From: an uncultured delta proteobacterium
Lineage (GTDB): Bacteria > Desulfobacterota > Binatia > UBA9968
Reading direction: 5' to 3'
DNA: 64,000 nucleotides
Assembly (NCBI GenBank): GCA_963804165.1
Contig: CAWDPO010000046.1
Span: 128,001-192,000 of the forward strand
The notes under the pieces were generated by a model, which ran no database searches, was not told the DNA's origin, and saw only the letters and a program-made list of their open reading frames with translations. Below, one piece after another: positions 9,950 through 19,995 of the stretch; position 1 is the first letter of the stretch, and each line of letters begins with the position of its first letter. A program made the translations under genes and the position numbers.

Positions 9950-10705
9950 TCAGGATGAAAGCCGTTCGAGCGATTGCCGCACCGTCGGCTGTTTTCCTGC
10001 CTCGACGTCCTCGCGCCGACGCAAATGAAACGTTGTCAGCGTCTCATTGGCGCGCGCGAGCGTGGCAATCTCGGCGCAATAACTCGCGAGCTTGCGCCCC
10101 GGCAACGCCCACAGGGCCACGGCGTCGGTGAGCGCATCGAGGTAGGCGCGGGCGCCGCAGCACCCCAGACTCAGCGCGGCATTGCCATGATTAAACGCCT
10201 GAGGAACGACGGCGCAAGCCGGACGGCCCAGCGCCGGCGGAACGCCCTTGTCCACTCGGGCGATCGCCTCGCTGAGAATCAGACCTTGACGGGCGTGGGC
10301 GAATACGAGCACGACATCAGGGACCAGCTGACAATCGGCGAGGGGACCGTAAACGACGTAATGGACCTCGCGCTCGATGACCGGGATCGCCGCAACTTCA
10401 TCGGCACGCACGTAATCAAGAGCGCTCATGGCCGCCAGCGCTTCCGTTAGCTCCGCCTGGTGTGATGGCGCCGGCTGGGTCAGATGATGGGTATGCGTGC
10501 CGATCGAACAGAGCGCATGATCCTTTGCCGAGGTAACAAACGTGCGTGTTGCCGCCTGCTGCCAGAACACGCATCCCGCAGGCACGATACCGTCGTAGGT
10601 CGGCACGTCGGCAGGTGCGACATCGCTAAACGTCACGGCGATAGGCGGTAGGGCGAGTTCCAAAGACGAAATTAGATTTTTGGCCAGTTCGGTATTTTCA
10701 CTCAT
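9950..10705 (-). CDS. DUF169 family Cys-rich protein
   Basis: PPIAVTF, GCVFW, CSIG, YGPL...PDVVLV, PACA and SLGCCGAR match the DUF169 pattern. Confidence 0.8.
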   Translation of the reverse strand: MSENTELAKNLISSLELALPPIAVTFSDVAPADVPTYDGIVPAGCVFWQQAATRTFVTSAKDHALCSIGTHTHHLTQPAPSHQAELTEALAAMSALDYVRADEVAAIPVIEREVHYVVYGPLADCQLVPDVVLVFAHARQGLILSEAIARVDKGVPPALGRPACAVVPQAFNHGNAALSLGCCGARAYLDALTDAVALWALPGRKLASYCAEIATLARANETLTTFHLRRREDVEAGKQPTVRQSLERLSS

Positions 10706-10935
10706 CTGTACACCTTCATGTTATCGCAATTTTTGGTGGCCAATCGTGTTGAGGCTTCGGCAAAACGCTTCTACTAACTGAGCGGACTCTATAATCGCTC
10801 ACGCCGCATCGCAAGATGTTTCAGGTTGTGTTTTGAAGCTATTGCGATATTTTAGCTGGCGGGCCGAGGTCTCGCCGAGGGGAAAGAGTCAGATGCGATG
10901 GCGCACGATGATTAAAATGAAAGGTCGGAAGCGCG

Positions 10936-12000
10936 ATGGATTGCTGCGAAAAATTGACGCCTGATTTTACCGGCGAACCCGAAATAGGCAGTGATAATAA
11001 GTTCATCGGCAGACGATTGGCTTTGAAGCGACTGGCGGGGTTGGCCGGCGGCATCATGTTCGTCTCAAAGAAAAATGCCTACGGCCAGGGCCGTCAGGTA
11101 TTGCTCGCGTTCTGCGGCCAACTCCTATGCGTTATCCCCTACGAGGTGACCCGAGCGCGCGGCCACTTCGCGGACGAAGGTCTCGACGTCCGGTTGGTGT
11201 ATACGCGTGGCGGGAACGTCGCGATGCAGGCTCTGGTCGGCGGTTCTGTGGACTACGCGGGCACGTCCTTCGACGTGGCTCTCCAGGCATTCGCCCACGG
11301 AGCGAAGATCGCACGCTTCGCGTCCACCGGAAGATTACCGTTGTTCGCTCTCGCCAGCGCGCCGAAGATGGCGAAAGAGATTCGCGCTCTGAAGGATCTG
11401 GAGAACCGGACCGTCGGGGTCTCCGCGTTGGGCAACGCCGACCACATCCTGGTTCTTTATCTGATGACGCGCGCGGGCGCGGATCCAAAGCGGGTGCGTT
11501 TCGCCACCATCGGCACCAATTTGTTGGACGCGCTGCGCCTCGGCCAGGTCGATGCCGGCATGGTGCAAGAGCCGGCGCTGACGCTGATCACCGGCGCCGG
11601 TGGCGGCGTGATCGCCAATGCGATGGACATCGAACAGGCGAACCGCTACCTCGGCGGGGCTTACGAGTTTATGGGCGTGGCGGTGCGCGTCGAAGAACGC
11701 GAACGCCGCCGCGACGAGATGGCTCGGCTCGCGCGCGCTCTCGCCAAAGGCCTGCGCGATACCCGCACGATTCCCGTCGCAGACGCGGTTGCGGCTTTGC
11801 CTAAGGAATTGATCACCGGCGGCAACCGAGATCGCCTGGCAACGATACTGGAACGTTACCGGCGCTCGCTCTATCCTGACAATGTGAAAATTGACCTCGC
11901 CGCGACGGGTCGTGTCGCAGACGCGCACAAAGCGGCGGGTCTATTGGCGCCATCGATCGACTACAAGCCCCTACTCGATCTTTCAATCGTTGGAAGTTAA
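10936..12000 (+). CDS. NitT/TauT (SsuA/THI5-like) ABC substrate-binding protein, Tat-like signal, CxxxxC motif
   Basis: GRRLAL signal; FADEGLDV, ALVGGSVD and VDAGMVQEP motifs; first gene of an SBP-ATPase-permease operon. Confidence 0.88.
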   Translation: MDCCEKLTPDFTGEPEIGSDNKFIGRRLALKRLAGLAGGIMFVSKKNAYGQGRQVLLAFCGQLLCVIPYEVTRARGHFADEGLDVRLVYTRGGNVAMQALVGGSVDYAGTSFDVALQAFAHGAKIARFASTGRLPLFALASAPKMAKEIRALKDLENRTVGVSALGNADHILVLYLMTRAGADPKRVRFATIGTNLLDALRLGQVDAGMVQEPALTLITGAGGGVIANAMDIEQANRYLGGAYEFMGVAVRVEERERRRDEMARLARALAKGLRDTRTIPVADAVAALPKELITGGNRDRLATILERYRRSLYPDNVKIDLAATGRVADAHKAAGLLAPSIDYKPLLDLSIVGS

Positions 12001-12759
12001 GTGCTGCGCGTCCACGATCTCGCATTGGGTTATGGCGCAGAACCCGTCATCGAAGGAGTCAATCTCGAAGTTTCTTCAGGTAAATTCGTGAGCCTCGTCG
12101 GGCCCTCGGGTTCCGGCAAAACCAGCATCCTGCGCGCGGTCAGCGGATTACTTTCGCCCCGATCAGGCGGCATCGAATTGAACGGCAGCAGCGATTCACT
12201 CGGGTTCCTGTTTCAGGACGATGCGCTTTTGCCGTGGCGCACCGCCCGCGAAAATGTTGCGCTCGGGCTGCGCATTCGTAAGCTGTCAAACAACGCGGCG
12301 GAGTCCGAGGCCGACGCTTGGCTGGCGCACCTCGGGCTTGAAGGTTTTGGCGCGCGTTTTCCGCATGAACTTTCCGGCGGGCAAAGAAAGCGCGTCGCCA
12401 TCGCGCAAATTCTCGCCTTGAAACCGAAACTATTGCTCATGGATGAGCCCTTCGCGTCGCTCGATGCGATCGTGCGCACGCGCATCACCCAGGAACTGTT
12501 GAATTGGGTGGAGCGGGAGCATCTGAGCGTGCTCCTGGTCACGCACGACCTGGAAGAGGCATTGACCGTTTCCGACACGGTTTATTTACTGTCGCAGGGA
12601 CCGAAAGCGCGCATCCTCGCTTCTTACAACGTGGCGATCCCGCGGCCCCGAGATATTTTTGCCAGCCGCAAACACCCGAATTTTGCGCCGCTGCTCGAAC
12701 GACTGTGGAACGATATGTCGGGCGCGATGAATGGCGCCGAGTTTGAGGCGCAGCGATGA
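12001..12759 (+). CDS. NitT/TauT ABC transporter ATP-binding protein
   Basis: Walker A GPSGSGKT, signature LSGGQ, Walker B LLLMDEPF and VTHD. Confidence 0.93.
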   Translation: MLRVHDLALGYGAEPVIEGVNLEVSSGKFVSLVGPSGSGKTSILRAVSGLLSPRSGGIELNGSSDSLGFLFQDDALLPWRTARENVALGLRIRKLSNNAAESEADAWLAHLGLEGFGARFPHELSGGQRKRVAIAQILALKPKLLLMDEPFASLDAIVRTRITQELLNWVEREHLSVLLVTHDLEEALTVSDTVYLLSQGPKARILASYNVAIPRPRDIFASRKHPNFAPLLERLWNDMSGAMNGAEFEAQR

Positions 12760-13538
12760 ACCGCTATTTGAAAAATGTTGCTGTGCGCCGCGTGCTCGCG
12801 ATGGTTTTGCTGGCGTCCGCGTGGGAGGTGTTGTCGCGTATCGGCGTCATCAATCCGTTTTATGCAGCCGCGCCGAGCGAGATTTTGCGGGTTGTCTTTT
12901 CACTGTTCATCGAGGGGACGATCTACAACCATTTGGAAGCCACTTTCGTTGCTGCGCTCGTTGGACTGGCGATCGGGCTCGCGCTCGGGATTTTCCTCGG
13001 CTTTGCCGCCGCGCTGGTCCCGTTGGTCGCCGACGTGCTCGAGCCGATCATGTTGCTGCTGAACGCGATTCCTCGGGTCATTCTCGCGCCGCTATTCGTC
13101 ATCTGGCTCGGCATCGAGATCTCTTCGAAGATCGCGCTTGCGGTCGTGCTGGTGGCCGTGCTGATTTTTTTTGCCGTTTACAACGGCATCAAGGACGTGA
13201 ACCAGGTTTTTGTCGATCGCGTGCGCACGCTCGGTGGCGGGCGATTGGTTCTGTTGCGTGAAGTCTACGTTCCGTCCGTGACGGCGTGGGTGCTCGGCAG
13301 CCTCAAGGTTGCGGTGGGTTTCGCTTTTACCGGCGCCTGCGTCGGCGAGTTCGTCGCGGCGACGCGCGGCTTGGGCTATCTGCTGCAGTTTGCTCAGAGC
13401 ACTTATAATGCGGCGCTCACCATGGGGCTTATCTTTTTGATCATGGCGTTTGTTCTGATTCTTTTTTTCTGCGCGGAAGCGATAGAGCGCCGGCTGCTGC
13501 GTTGGCGTCATCGGGGCGGCGATGCGAAGGCCGCTTAG
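12756..13538 (+). CDS. NitT/TauT ABC transporter permease
   Basis: Hydrophobic; NAIPRVILAPLF and GEFVAATRGLGY; ATGA overlap with the ATPase gene. Confidence 0.92.
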   Translation: MNRYLKNVAVRRVLAMVLLASAWEVLSRIGVINPFYAAAPSEILRVVFSLFIEGTIYNHLEATFVAALVGLAIGLALGIFLGFAAALVPLVADVLEPIMLLLNAIPRVILAPLFVIWLGIEISSKIALAVVLVAVLIFFAVYNGIKDVNQVFVDRVRTLGGGRLVLLREVYVPSVTAWVLGSLKVAVGFAFTGACVGEFVAATRGLGYLLQFAQSTYNAALTMGLIFLIMAFVLILFFCAEAIERRLLRWRHRGGDAKAA

Positions 13539-13684
13539 ACGGGTCGCAAGTCAGATGCGCGCGCTTTCGGCGTAGGGCGCTGCGGCGATTGGCAACTTGA
13601 TCGTCCGCGAAAGTGTTTGCAGTTTGACGTGGTGGTTTGCGATCGGCTAGGATCGGCGCGCTGTTTGACGATCGTTTTTCGTCT

Positions 13685-14668
13685 ATGAAATTTCAATCGA
13701 AACTGATCGTTGGCGAACTTGTCTGCTTGGGCATTTTTCTCCTTCCCTTCCGGCCGACCTTCGCACAAGAAAAACTTGAAAGAGTCACGCTGGGAATCCC
13801 GGTGACGGCGCTAAGCCAGTTGCCGTCGTACGTCGGCACGCGCTTCGGGATTTTTCGCGAAGAGGGGCTCGACGTCCAGGTCGTTTTGATGAACGGACGA
13901 TTGGTCGGGCCGGCGTTGCTGCAGGGAGATCTAGATTATTCGACGCTGGCGGATACGATGTTGCGCGCGGCGACGACCGGACTCCCCGTGAAGGTGATCG
14001 CCTTCGGTGGCATTCGTCCTGCGCTGGCCCTGAACGTCCGGCCGGAGATCAAGACGCCGGCTGATTTGAAAGGCAAGAGTATCGCGGTCACTTCCATCGG
14101 CAGCACGACGGATATCGTGGCGCGCGAGATCGTGCGCCATTTCGGGCTGGTTCCCGAGCGCGACATCGTCACGCAGGGCCTCGGCAGCCAGGCAAACAAT
14201 CAGGCGGCGCTGCGCGCCGGCGCAGTGCACGGCGCGATCTTCACCCCGCCTTACGACGTCATCGGCGAGAAGGAAGGCTTTCGCGTCTTGGCGTGGGCCG
14301 GCGACGTGATCAAAGAACAACTGCAGGCGGGTCTGGTGACTTCCGATAACAAGATCAGCCGCAATCCGGCGCAGGTGAAACGAATGGTGCGCGGCTTTGT
14401 GAAGAGTCTTCTCTACTTGCGCAAGGAAAAAACCCGGGTGGTCGAAATGATCGCGAAGCAATGGCAAATCGACTCCGATATCGCCGAGAAAAGTTATCAA
14501 GTGATGATCAAGACGCTCAGCTCGAACGGCTCGGCCAGTGACAGCGCCGTCGAAAACGTGATCCAGCAGACGCTCAAGGTCAACAAATCGCAGAAACAAG
14601 TTCCTCACGCGCAGGTGGTCAACCTGAGCTTTCTCGGCGATGCGCAGAGAGAATTGGGGCTGCACTGA
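13685..14668 (+). CDS. Orphan SsuA/THI5-like substrate-binding protein
   Basis: Signal peptide ending FAQE; GIFREEGLDV and DLKGKSIAV motifs. Confidence 0.85.
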   Translation: MKFQSKLIVGELVCLGIFLLPFRPTFAQEKLERVTLGIPVTALSQLPSYVGTRFGIFREEGLDVQVVLMNGRLVGPALLQGDLDYSTLADTMLRAATTGLPVKVIAFGGIRPALALNVRPEIKTPADLKGKSIAVTSIGSTTDIVAREIVRHFGLVPERDIVTQGLGSQANNQAALRAGAVHGAIFTPPYDVIGEKEGFRVLAWAGDVIKEQLQAGLVTSDNKISRNPAQVKRMVRGFVKSLLYLRKEKTRVVEMIAKQWQIDSDIAEKSYQVMIKTLSSNGSASDSAVENVIQQTLKVNKSQKQVPHAQVVNLSFLGDAQRELGLH

Positions 14669-14806
14669 CCGTGTCGCCCGGCGCTTGGATGCGCCGAAGC
14701 AGATGGTAAAACGCAGCGGACAGCGTAAATCGAGCCGGTTTCGCATTAAAGAAATCAGCGGCCGTTGCCGATGACACTATCGTCAGGGTCAGTGGGACCG
14801 GCACGG

Positions 14807-15286
14807 ATGTCTTCGACGCCAAACAAAAGCCCATCGCGAGCGAATCAAAATAAGCCGGTGGCCGGACCGCTCGCAGCTGCGCCGCGCAGTGTCGGCGAGC
14901 TCATGACCACCGGCGTCGTCCAACTGCAGCCGCAGAATCTGTTCCGCGAAGCTGTCGATCTTCTGGCCAGACATCCCTTTCGCCATCTGCTCGTAGCGGA
15001 AGTCGATGGCAAGGTCGTCGGAGTGATTTCCGACCGGGACATCCTCCGTGCAGCGGACAGTTACGATTCGGAGACGACGCTGGCGGCGGATGTCATGACG
15101 CCGGAACCGATCACGGTAAACGTCGATACCCCGATATCGAGCGCAGTCGCTTTGGTGCTCGACAATCGAGTGAATTGTTTGCCGGTGGTCGACGCCGCCG
15201 GACACATCCAGGGGATAATCACGACGACGGATCTGCTGAAAGCCTTTCAAAATCTGCAGCATCAGATCGAAGAAGATCCCGTTTAA
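14807..15286 (+). CDS. CBS domain pair protein
   Basis: VGELMT...VVGVISDRDI and DVMTPEP...LPVVD...GIITTTDLL; start codon uncertain. Confidence 0.85.
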   Translation: MSSTPNKSPSRANQNKPVAGPLAAAPRSVGELMTTGVVQLQPQNLFREAVDLLARHPFRHLLVAEVDGKVVGVISDRDILRAADSYDSETTLAADVMTPEPITVNVDTPISSAVALVLDNRVNCLPVVDAAGHIQGIITTTDLLKAFQNLQHQIEEDPV

Positions 15287-15377
15287 GCCGCCCATCGAGC
15301 ATCCCCGTGGCTCGCTTGAATCACTAAAGTTTCATTCCCCGCAGTTTGCCGCCTGAAGTGGGTCGACATCCGATGTC

Positions 15378-15455
15378 CGTCATTCCCGCATGCTTTAAGC
15401 GGGAATCCAGGTTAATCCGGGCCTGGACCGCCGATAAAAACATTCGGGGGTGACG
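15378..15455. repeat. CGTC-tagged REP-like palindromic repeat, copy 2
   Basis: CGTCATTCCCGCATGCTTTAAGCGGGAATCCAGG...CATTCGGGGGTGACG. Confidence 0.85.
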
Positions 15456-15506
15456 AGAAGCGGGATTGTTTGCAGGATGCGCCTGTGCGGGAGCTGTAAC
15501 CGCGGC

Positions 15507-15536
15507 TTGACAGTCCAAAGACATTGCCGCTACAAA
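15507..15536 (+). promoter_or_regulatory. Possible sigma70 promoter
   Basis: TTGACA-18 bp-TACAAA just upstream of the RBS and ATG at 15559. Confidence 0.35.
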
Positions 15537-15558
15537 ACGCAGCCGGAAGGGAGCTCCA

Positions 15559-16572
15559 ATGAATTGTCGCACAATCGGGTTCGTGCTGGCGGTTTTCTTC
15601 GTATTCCGCGGTGAGTCTTGGGCGCAAAAAAACCCGCCGACGGTGCGCATCGGCATCGAAGCGCCCGCCGGAACCAACAGCCACTATTTCGTAACCAAGC
15701 AGATGGGGCTGTTTCAAAAACACGGTGTCAATATCGAGTTGATTTCTTTTCCCGGAGGCACGGTCGGGCTGCAGGCGTTGTTCGCCGGCGACATTCAGTT
15801 CACGACTTCGGACGGCGACGCGGGGCTGTCGGGCAAACCTGCGCGGCGTCAATCTCTATTTTATCGCCGGCATGATCAACACGTTTCCTTTCAGTATTCT
15901 TTCGCGCCCGGAGATTCGCACGCCTCAGGAACTTCGCGGCAAAAAGATCGTGATCAGCCGCTATGGCTCTTCGTCGGACACGGCGGTGCGCGCGGCGGTG
16001 GAAAAATACGATCTCAAACCGGACAAGGATGTGATCATCCTCCAAGGCGGCGGCCAGAGCGAACGGTTTGCCGCGCTCAAAGTCGGCGCGGTCGATGCGG
16101 CCATCGTCAGCCCGCCGCTCAACCTAGCCGGGCGTAAAATGGGTTTTAACGAGGTTATCGATCTCTCCGAATCCGGCGTCGCTTACTCGCACCAGCAGAT
16201 CGTTGCGATTAAAGAGTATCTCGATCGCAATCCCGATACAGTTTTGCGCGCACTCTGCGCGCGCTCATCGAAGGCCTGGCGGCGTGGAAAGATCCCGCTA
16301 AGAAATCACTGGTTCTGGCGAACGTCGCAAGATATCTGCGCTTGGATCCAGAGAAGAACAAGGATCAGCTCGAAGAGACCTATCGCTACTACAGCAAGAC
16401 TTTCCCGACGAAACCATATGCAACGGCGGAGGGTCTGGAGTTCACCGCGCAGATCTTGAAGAAGAACCGGCAGGAGGCGAAGGACATCCAAGCCAAAGAC
16501 TGGCTCAACAATCGATTTGTTGCCGAGTTGGAGAAAGAGGGATTTCTCGCCAAGGTGTTCGGCGGCAAGTAG
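15559..16572 (+). CDS. Orphan SsuA/THI5-like substrate-binding protein with two frameshifts (about 15832 and 16250)
   Basis: Signal ending SWAQ, GLFQKHGVN, ELRGKKIVISRYGSSSD and C-terminal FVAELEKEGF lie across three ORFs. The shifts are an extra G in a G-run and an extra GC in a GC repeat. Confidence 0.8.
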
Positions 16573-16654
16573 CATTCGTTCAGGGGCCGAGTCGGCGAAC
16601 CGAGTGTCAGGCCAGCGTGTAGGGCTTTGTTTAATCAAAGAAGCAAAGTGCGCG

Positions 16655-17038
16655 ATGCGGAAAATGAAACTAACAGTAGGTTTCACTTACGTTATAATAT
16701 TAGGCGTGGCCATTAACTTACTGGGAAGGCTCTTCTATTTTTTGTACGCATCCATTTACCTTGGCGGTGGAACAGCCAAAATTGAATTATCTTACTTTTG
16801 GCCTTTTGAGTTCTCTCTTCCTTTATGGTTTGACCCGTCGACTAGAGCCTAAGAGCGCAAAGAGAGTCGCGAGTATCCTTGCAGTTGCGGCACTGCTGAG
16901 AACGGTCTCTTATCTGGTAAACATTTACGTGCTGAACCAATGGACATTGGGACTAATTCTATATCTATGGTCGTAGGCGCCGAAAAGGTTGTTGTGTATT
17001 TTTGTTTGATTCACTTGAAGCAATTGCGTTCCGATTAG
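16655..17038 (+). pseudogene. AT-rich small membrane-protein gene, frameshifted
   Basis: Hydrophobic segments in successive frames (VIILGVAINLLGRLFYFLY; LTFGLLSSLFLYG; ILAVAALLRTVSYLV); visibly lower GC than the flanks. Confidence 0.45.
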
Positions 17039-17127
17039 GGTCCGATGAGAGATCTCGCGAGCTCCAATGGGGTCCGGCTTGCTTCGTTTCTTTGCTTATT
17101 GTCGGTGTTTTACGCTAAAGCATCGCC

Positions 17128-17228
17128 ATAGCCCGCCGCCCCGAAGCCATTTTCCCGGCGCGCTTTACCCTGTCATCAGCCGCGGCAATCAAAGGCAGAA
17201 GGTCTATAGAGACGACCAAGACTACCGC
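17128..17228 (+). pseudogene. 5' fragment of a REP-associated tyrosine transposase (RAYT, Y1)
   Basis: Translates as PPRSHFPGALYPVISRGNQRQKVYRDDQDYR, matching the RAYT N-terminal pattern PR...PGALYHV.SRGN.RQ.IF.DD.DY; nothing further follows. Confidence 0.75.
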
Positions 17229-17283
17229 ATCCTTGTCTGGTTTGACGACGAGCTGTGGTACGAGTTGTCGGCATGGGCTCCGA

Positions 17284-18252
17284 CTATTGCGATTTCCAGC
17301 CGAGATCTTCGGGCGTGAAGCGGGAATATTTGTCGATTTCTTCTTTAATCAATTTGTTTAGATCTGCGCCGGAAGTGCGTAGATCAACGTTATAGCCGCG
17401 CGATTTCAAGTTTTCCTTGAGCTTTGGTTCTTCCACGGTTTTTCTGATTGCGTCTGCGAGAACCTTTGCGGTTGCATCCGGTAAACCTTTCGGCGCGAGG
17501 AAGGCCACGCTCGCGAGCAGGTTGACCTGCGGGTATCCTTGCTTGGCGAAAGTCGGTACGTCCGGGAGGATTGCGGATTCGACGTCGACCGCGAGGCCGA
17601 TGAGCTTGCCGGCTTTGATGTGCGGCTGCGCGGCGACATCCGATGCCATGGCGAAATTCACATGGCCGCCCAGCAAATTTGTTATCGCTTGCGCCGAGCC
17701 TGCGAAGGGAAGCGCGGTGATATCGATCTTCGCTGCCCGTTTCAACAACTCGACTTCCAAGGTGAGGCTCGTGCCCACCGGTCCCACGGCGACGATTAGA
17801 TCGCCGGGCTTTTTCTGCGCTTGAGAAACGACGTCTTTCAAGTTTTTGAATTCGGCGTCGGCGCGACCGAGCATGATCACCGCCGCGTAGCCGTGCATAA
17901 TCGCGATCGGCTGAAAATCGCGGACCAAATTAGCTGGAGCCTTCGGATTGGCAACGGTCATTGTTGCGACTTGACCGAGCAGAGAGCCGAGCAGCGTGTG
18001 ACCGTCCTTCTGCGCCCTGGCGACCTTTTCGGCGGCGATCGCGCCCGCGCCGGCGGGTTGATTGACCACCGTCACCTGAACCTTTAAAGACTTCGCCAAC
18101 TCCTCGGCGATGAGGCGAAATATCAGATCGATGCCGCCGCCCGGACTCGACGAGACGACGAGCTCGATCGGTTTGCTTGGAAAATTTTGGCCGTAGAGAG
18201 CCGGGCTCAATCCGAACACGGCCAAAGTGACGATCGTTACTCTTAGTTTCAT
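17284..18252 (-). CDS. tctC: Tripartite tricarboxylate transporter binding protein (TctC/Bug)
   Basis: FPSKPIELVV..SPGGGID, DGHTLL, LLGGHV and LPDVPTF. Confidence 0.9.
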   Translation of the reverse strand: MKLRVTIVTLAVFGLSPALYGQNFPSKPIELVVSSSPGGGIDLIFRLIAEELAKSLKVQVTVVNQPAGAGAIAAEKVARAQKDGHTLLGSLLGQVATMTVANPKAPANLVRDFQPIAIMHGYAAVIMLGRADAEFKNLKDVVSQAQKKPGDLIVAVGPVGTSLTLEVELLKRAAKIDITALPFAGSAQAITNLLGGHVNFAMASDVAAQPHIKAGKLIGLAVDVESAILPDVPTFAKQGYPQVNLLASVAFLAPKGLPDATAKVLADAIRKTVEEPKLKENLKSRGYNVDLRTSGADLNKLIKEEIDKYSRFTPEDLGWKSQ

Positions 18253-18334
18253 GGCGCCTCCGTGCTGTCTTGTTCAATGTGTGTGCTTCGATTTCCGCAG
18301 GTTGATGCGTTAAATAAATCGCTTACCCGAAGTC

Positions 18335-18413
18335 CGTAATTCCCGCATGCTTTAAGCGGGAATCCAGGCGAGCTCGAAACCTGGACCCCCGATTAATACA
18401 TTCGGGGGTGACG
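18335..18413. repeat. CGTC-tagged REP-like palindromic repeat, copy 3
   Basis: CGTAATTCCCGCATGCTTTAAGCGGGAATCCAGG...CCTGGACCCCCGATTAATACATTCGGGGGTGACG. Confidence 0.85.
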
Positions 18414-18479
18414 CATTGGGAGAGCACTTCCATCGCGTGTTCGCGTCAGCTTACTGGGTAGTTCATAAGAACGCTTTCG

Positions 18480-19985
18480 TCACGGTTCTTCCAGCTTCTC
18501 AATAATCTCGTGACCGAGCCGGCGCCGAGTAAGCAGCGGGCTTAACAACATGAGCAACGCCGCGCCCATGAAGAATGCCGCGATCGGTCTTTGGAAAAAA
18601 ATCGCGACGTGTCCTTTGGACATGATCAGCGAACGCCGAATCGCCGTCTCCAAGAGCGGACCGATGACCAATCCCAATACCATCGGCGCGGGCTCATAGG
18701 CAAATTTCTTCATCAGGTAGCCGACGACGCCGAAGATGATCACAATCACGACGTCGCCGGTGTGGCCGGCGGCGGTATAGGCGCCGATGATGCTGAACAG
18801 AATAATCAATGGGAAAAGGAAAAAGTAGGGAACTTGGAGCACTCTGATCCACAGACCGATCAAGGGCAGATTGAGGATCAAAAGGAGAGTGTTGCCGATC
18901 GCCATGCTGCCGAGCAGGCCCCAAAAGATATCCGATGAATTTTTGATAAACAGCGGTCCGGGCGCCAAGCCGTGGATCAACAGCGCGCCAAAGATCAGCG
19001 ACGTCACCGAGCCGGTTGGCAAGCCCAGACTCAGCAGCGGGATCCAGCCGCTGCAGCTCGCCGCATTGTTGGCGGTCTCGGGCGCGGCCACTCCTTCGAT
19101 CGCACCGTGGCCGAATTTTTCCGGATGCTTGGAAATCTTTTTTTCGACCGCGTAGGCGGCAAAGGTGGCGATGACGACGTTGAGCCCGGGGATCGCGCCG
19201 ACCAAAAAACCAAGAAGAGTTCCGCGGGCGATGGGCATCGCGGAATCTTTCCAGTCTTGCAGCGTCGGCAGTAGTCCCTTGATCTTTTCTTGAAAGACTT
19301 CACCGGTTTGCGCGCGCAGATTGACCAACACCTCGGAAACTCCGAAGAGACCGATCACGACGGGAGTCAAGCCAACGCCGTCGCGCAGCACCAAAATGTC
19401 AAAGGTGAAGCGCGGCTGGCCGGTGACGGGATCGAGGCCGACACTGGCGAGAATGCTGCCGAAGAGGGCCATCAGCAGCGCTTTATCCATCGGGCCGTGC
19501 GCCAGATAGACGAGGGCGGTCAAACCGAACAGGAGCAGCGCGGCATACTCCGGCGGACCAAAGCGAAGCCCCAATTCCGCAAGGGGCGGCGCCAGGAACG
19601 CCACGCCGACGAGCCCAACCGTGCCGCCGATGAAGGAGCCGAAGGCAGCGATGCCGAGCGCCGGACCGGCGCGACCCTGACGAGCCATTGCGTAGCCGTC
19701 GAGACAGGTGACGACCGAAGAAGCTTCGCCCGGAATATTGACTAGAATCGAAGTTGTCGAGCCGCCGTATTGGGCGCCATAGGTAATGCCGAACAACATG
19801 ATCAGATACGCCAGCGGCGGCGCATGCAAAGCCAACGGCAAGAGTAATGCGATGGCGCCTGCGGGACCGAGTCCGGGAAGCACTCCGACCAAGGTGCCGA
19901 GTAGTACGCCGACGAATCCATATAATAGGTTGAGCGGGGAAGCGGCGGTAAGAATACCCTCAACTAACAACTGCAGCGTTTCCAT
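18480..19985 (-). CDS. tctA: Tripartite tricarboxylate transporter permease TctA
   Basis: GVLPGLG, YGGSTTSILVNIPG, APETANNAA and PGP motifs. Confidence 0.95.
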   Translation of the reverse strand: METLQLLVEGILTAASPLNLLYGFVGVLLGTLVGVLPGLGPAGAIALLLPLALHAPPLAYLIMLFGITYGAQYGGSTTSILVNIPGEASSVVTCLDGYAMARQGRAGPALGIAAFGSFIGGTVGLVGVAFLAPPLAELGLRFGPPEYAALLLFGLTALVYLAHGPMDKALLMALFGSILASVGLDPVTGQPRFTFDILVLRDGVGLTPVVIGLFGVSEVLVNLRAQTGEVFQEKIKGLLPTLQDWKDSAMPIARGTLLGFLVGAIPGLNVVIATFAAYAVEKKISKHPEKFGHGAIEGVAAPETANNAASCSGWIPLLSLGLPTGSVTSLIFGALLIHGLAPGPLFIKNSSDIFWGLLGSMAIGNTLLLILNLPLIGLWIRVLQVPYFFLFPLIILFSIIGAYTAAGHTGDVVIVIIFGVVGYLMKKFAYEPAPMVLGLVIGPLLETAIRRSLIMSKGHVAIFFQRPIAAFFMGAALLMLLSPLLTRRRLGHEIIEKLEEP

Positions 19986-19995
19986 TGGTCGCGTA

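Noticed and set aside
1651-18413. Repeats as a CRISPR array
   Set aside because: The copies are kilobases apart, with no repeat-spacer periodicity and no cas genes.
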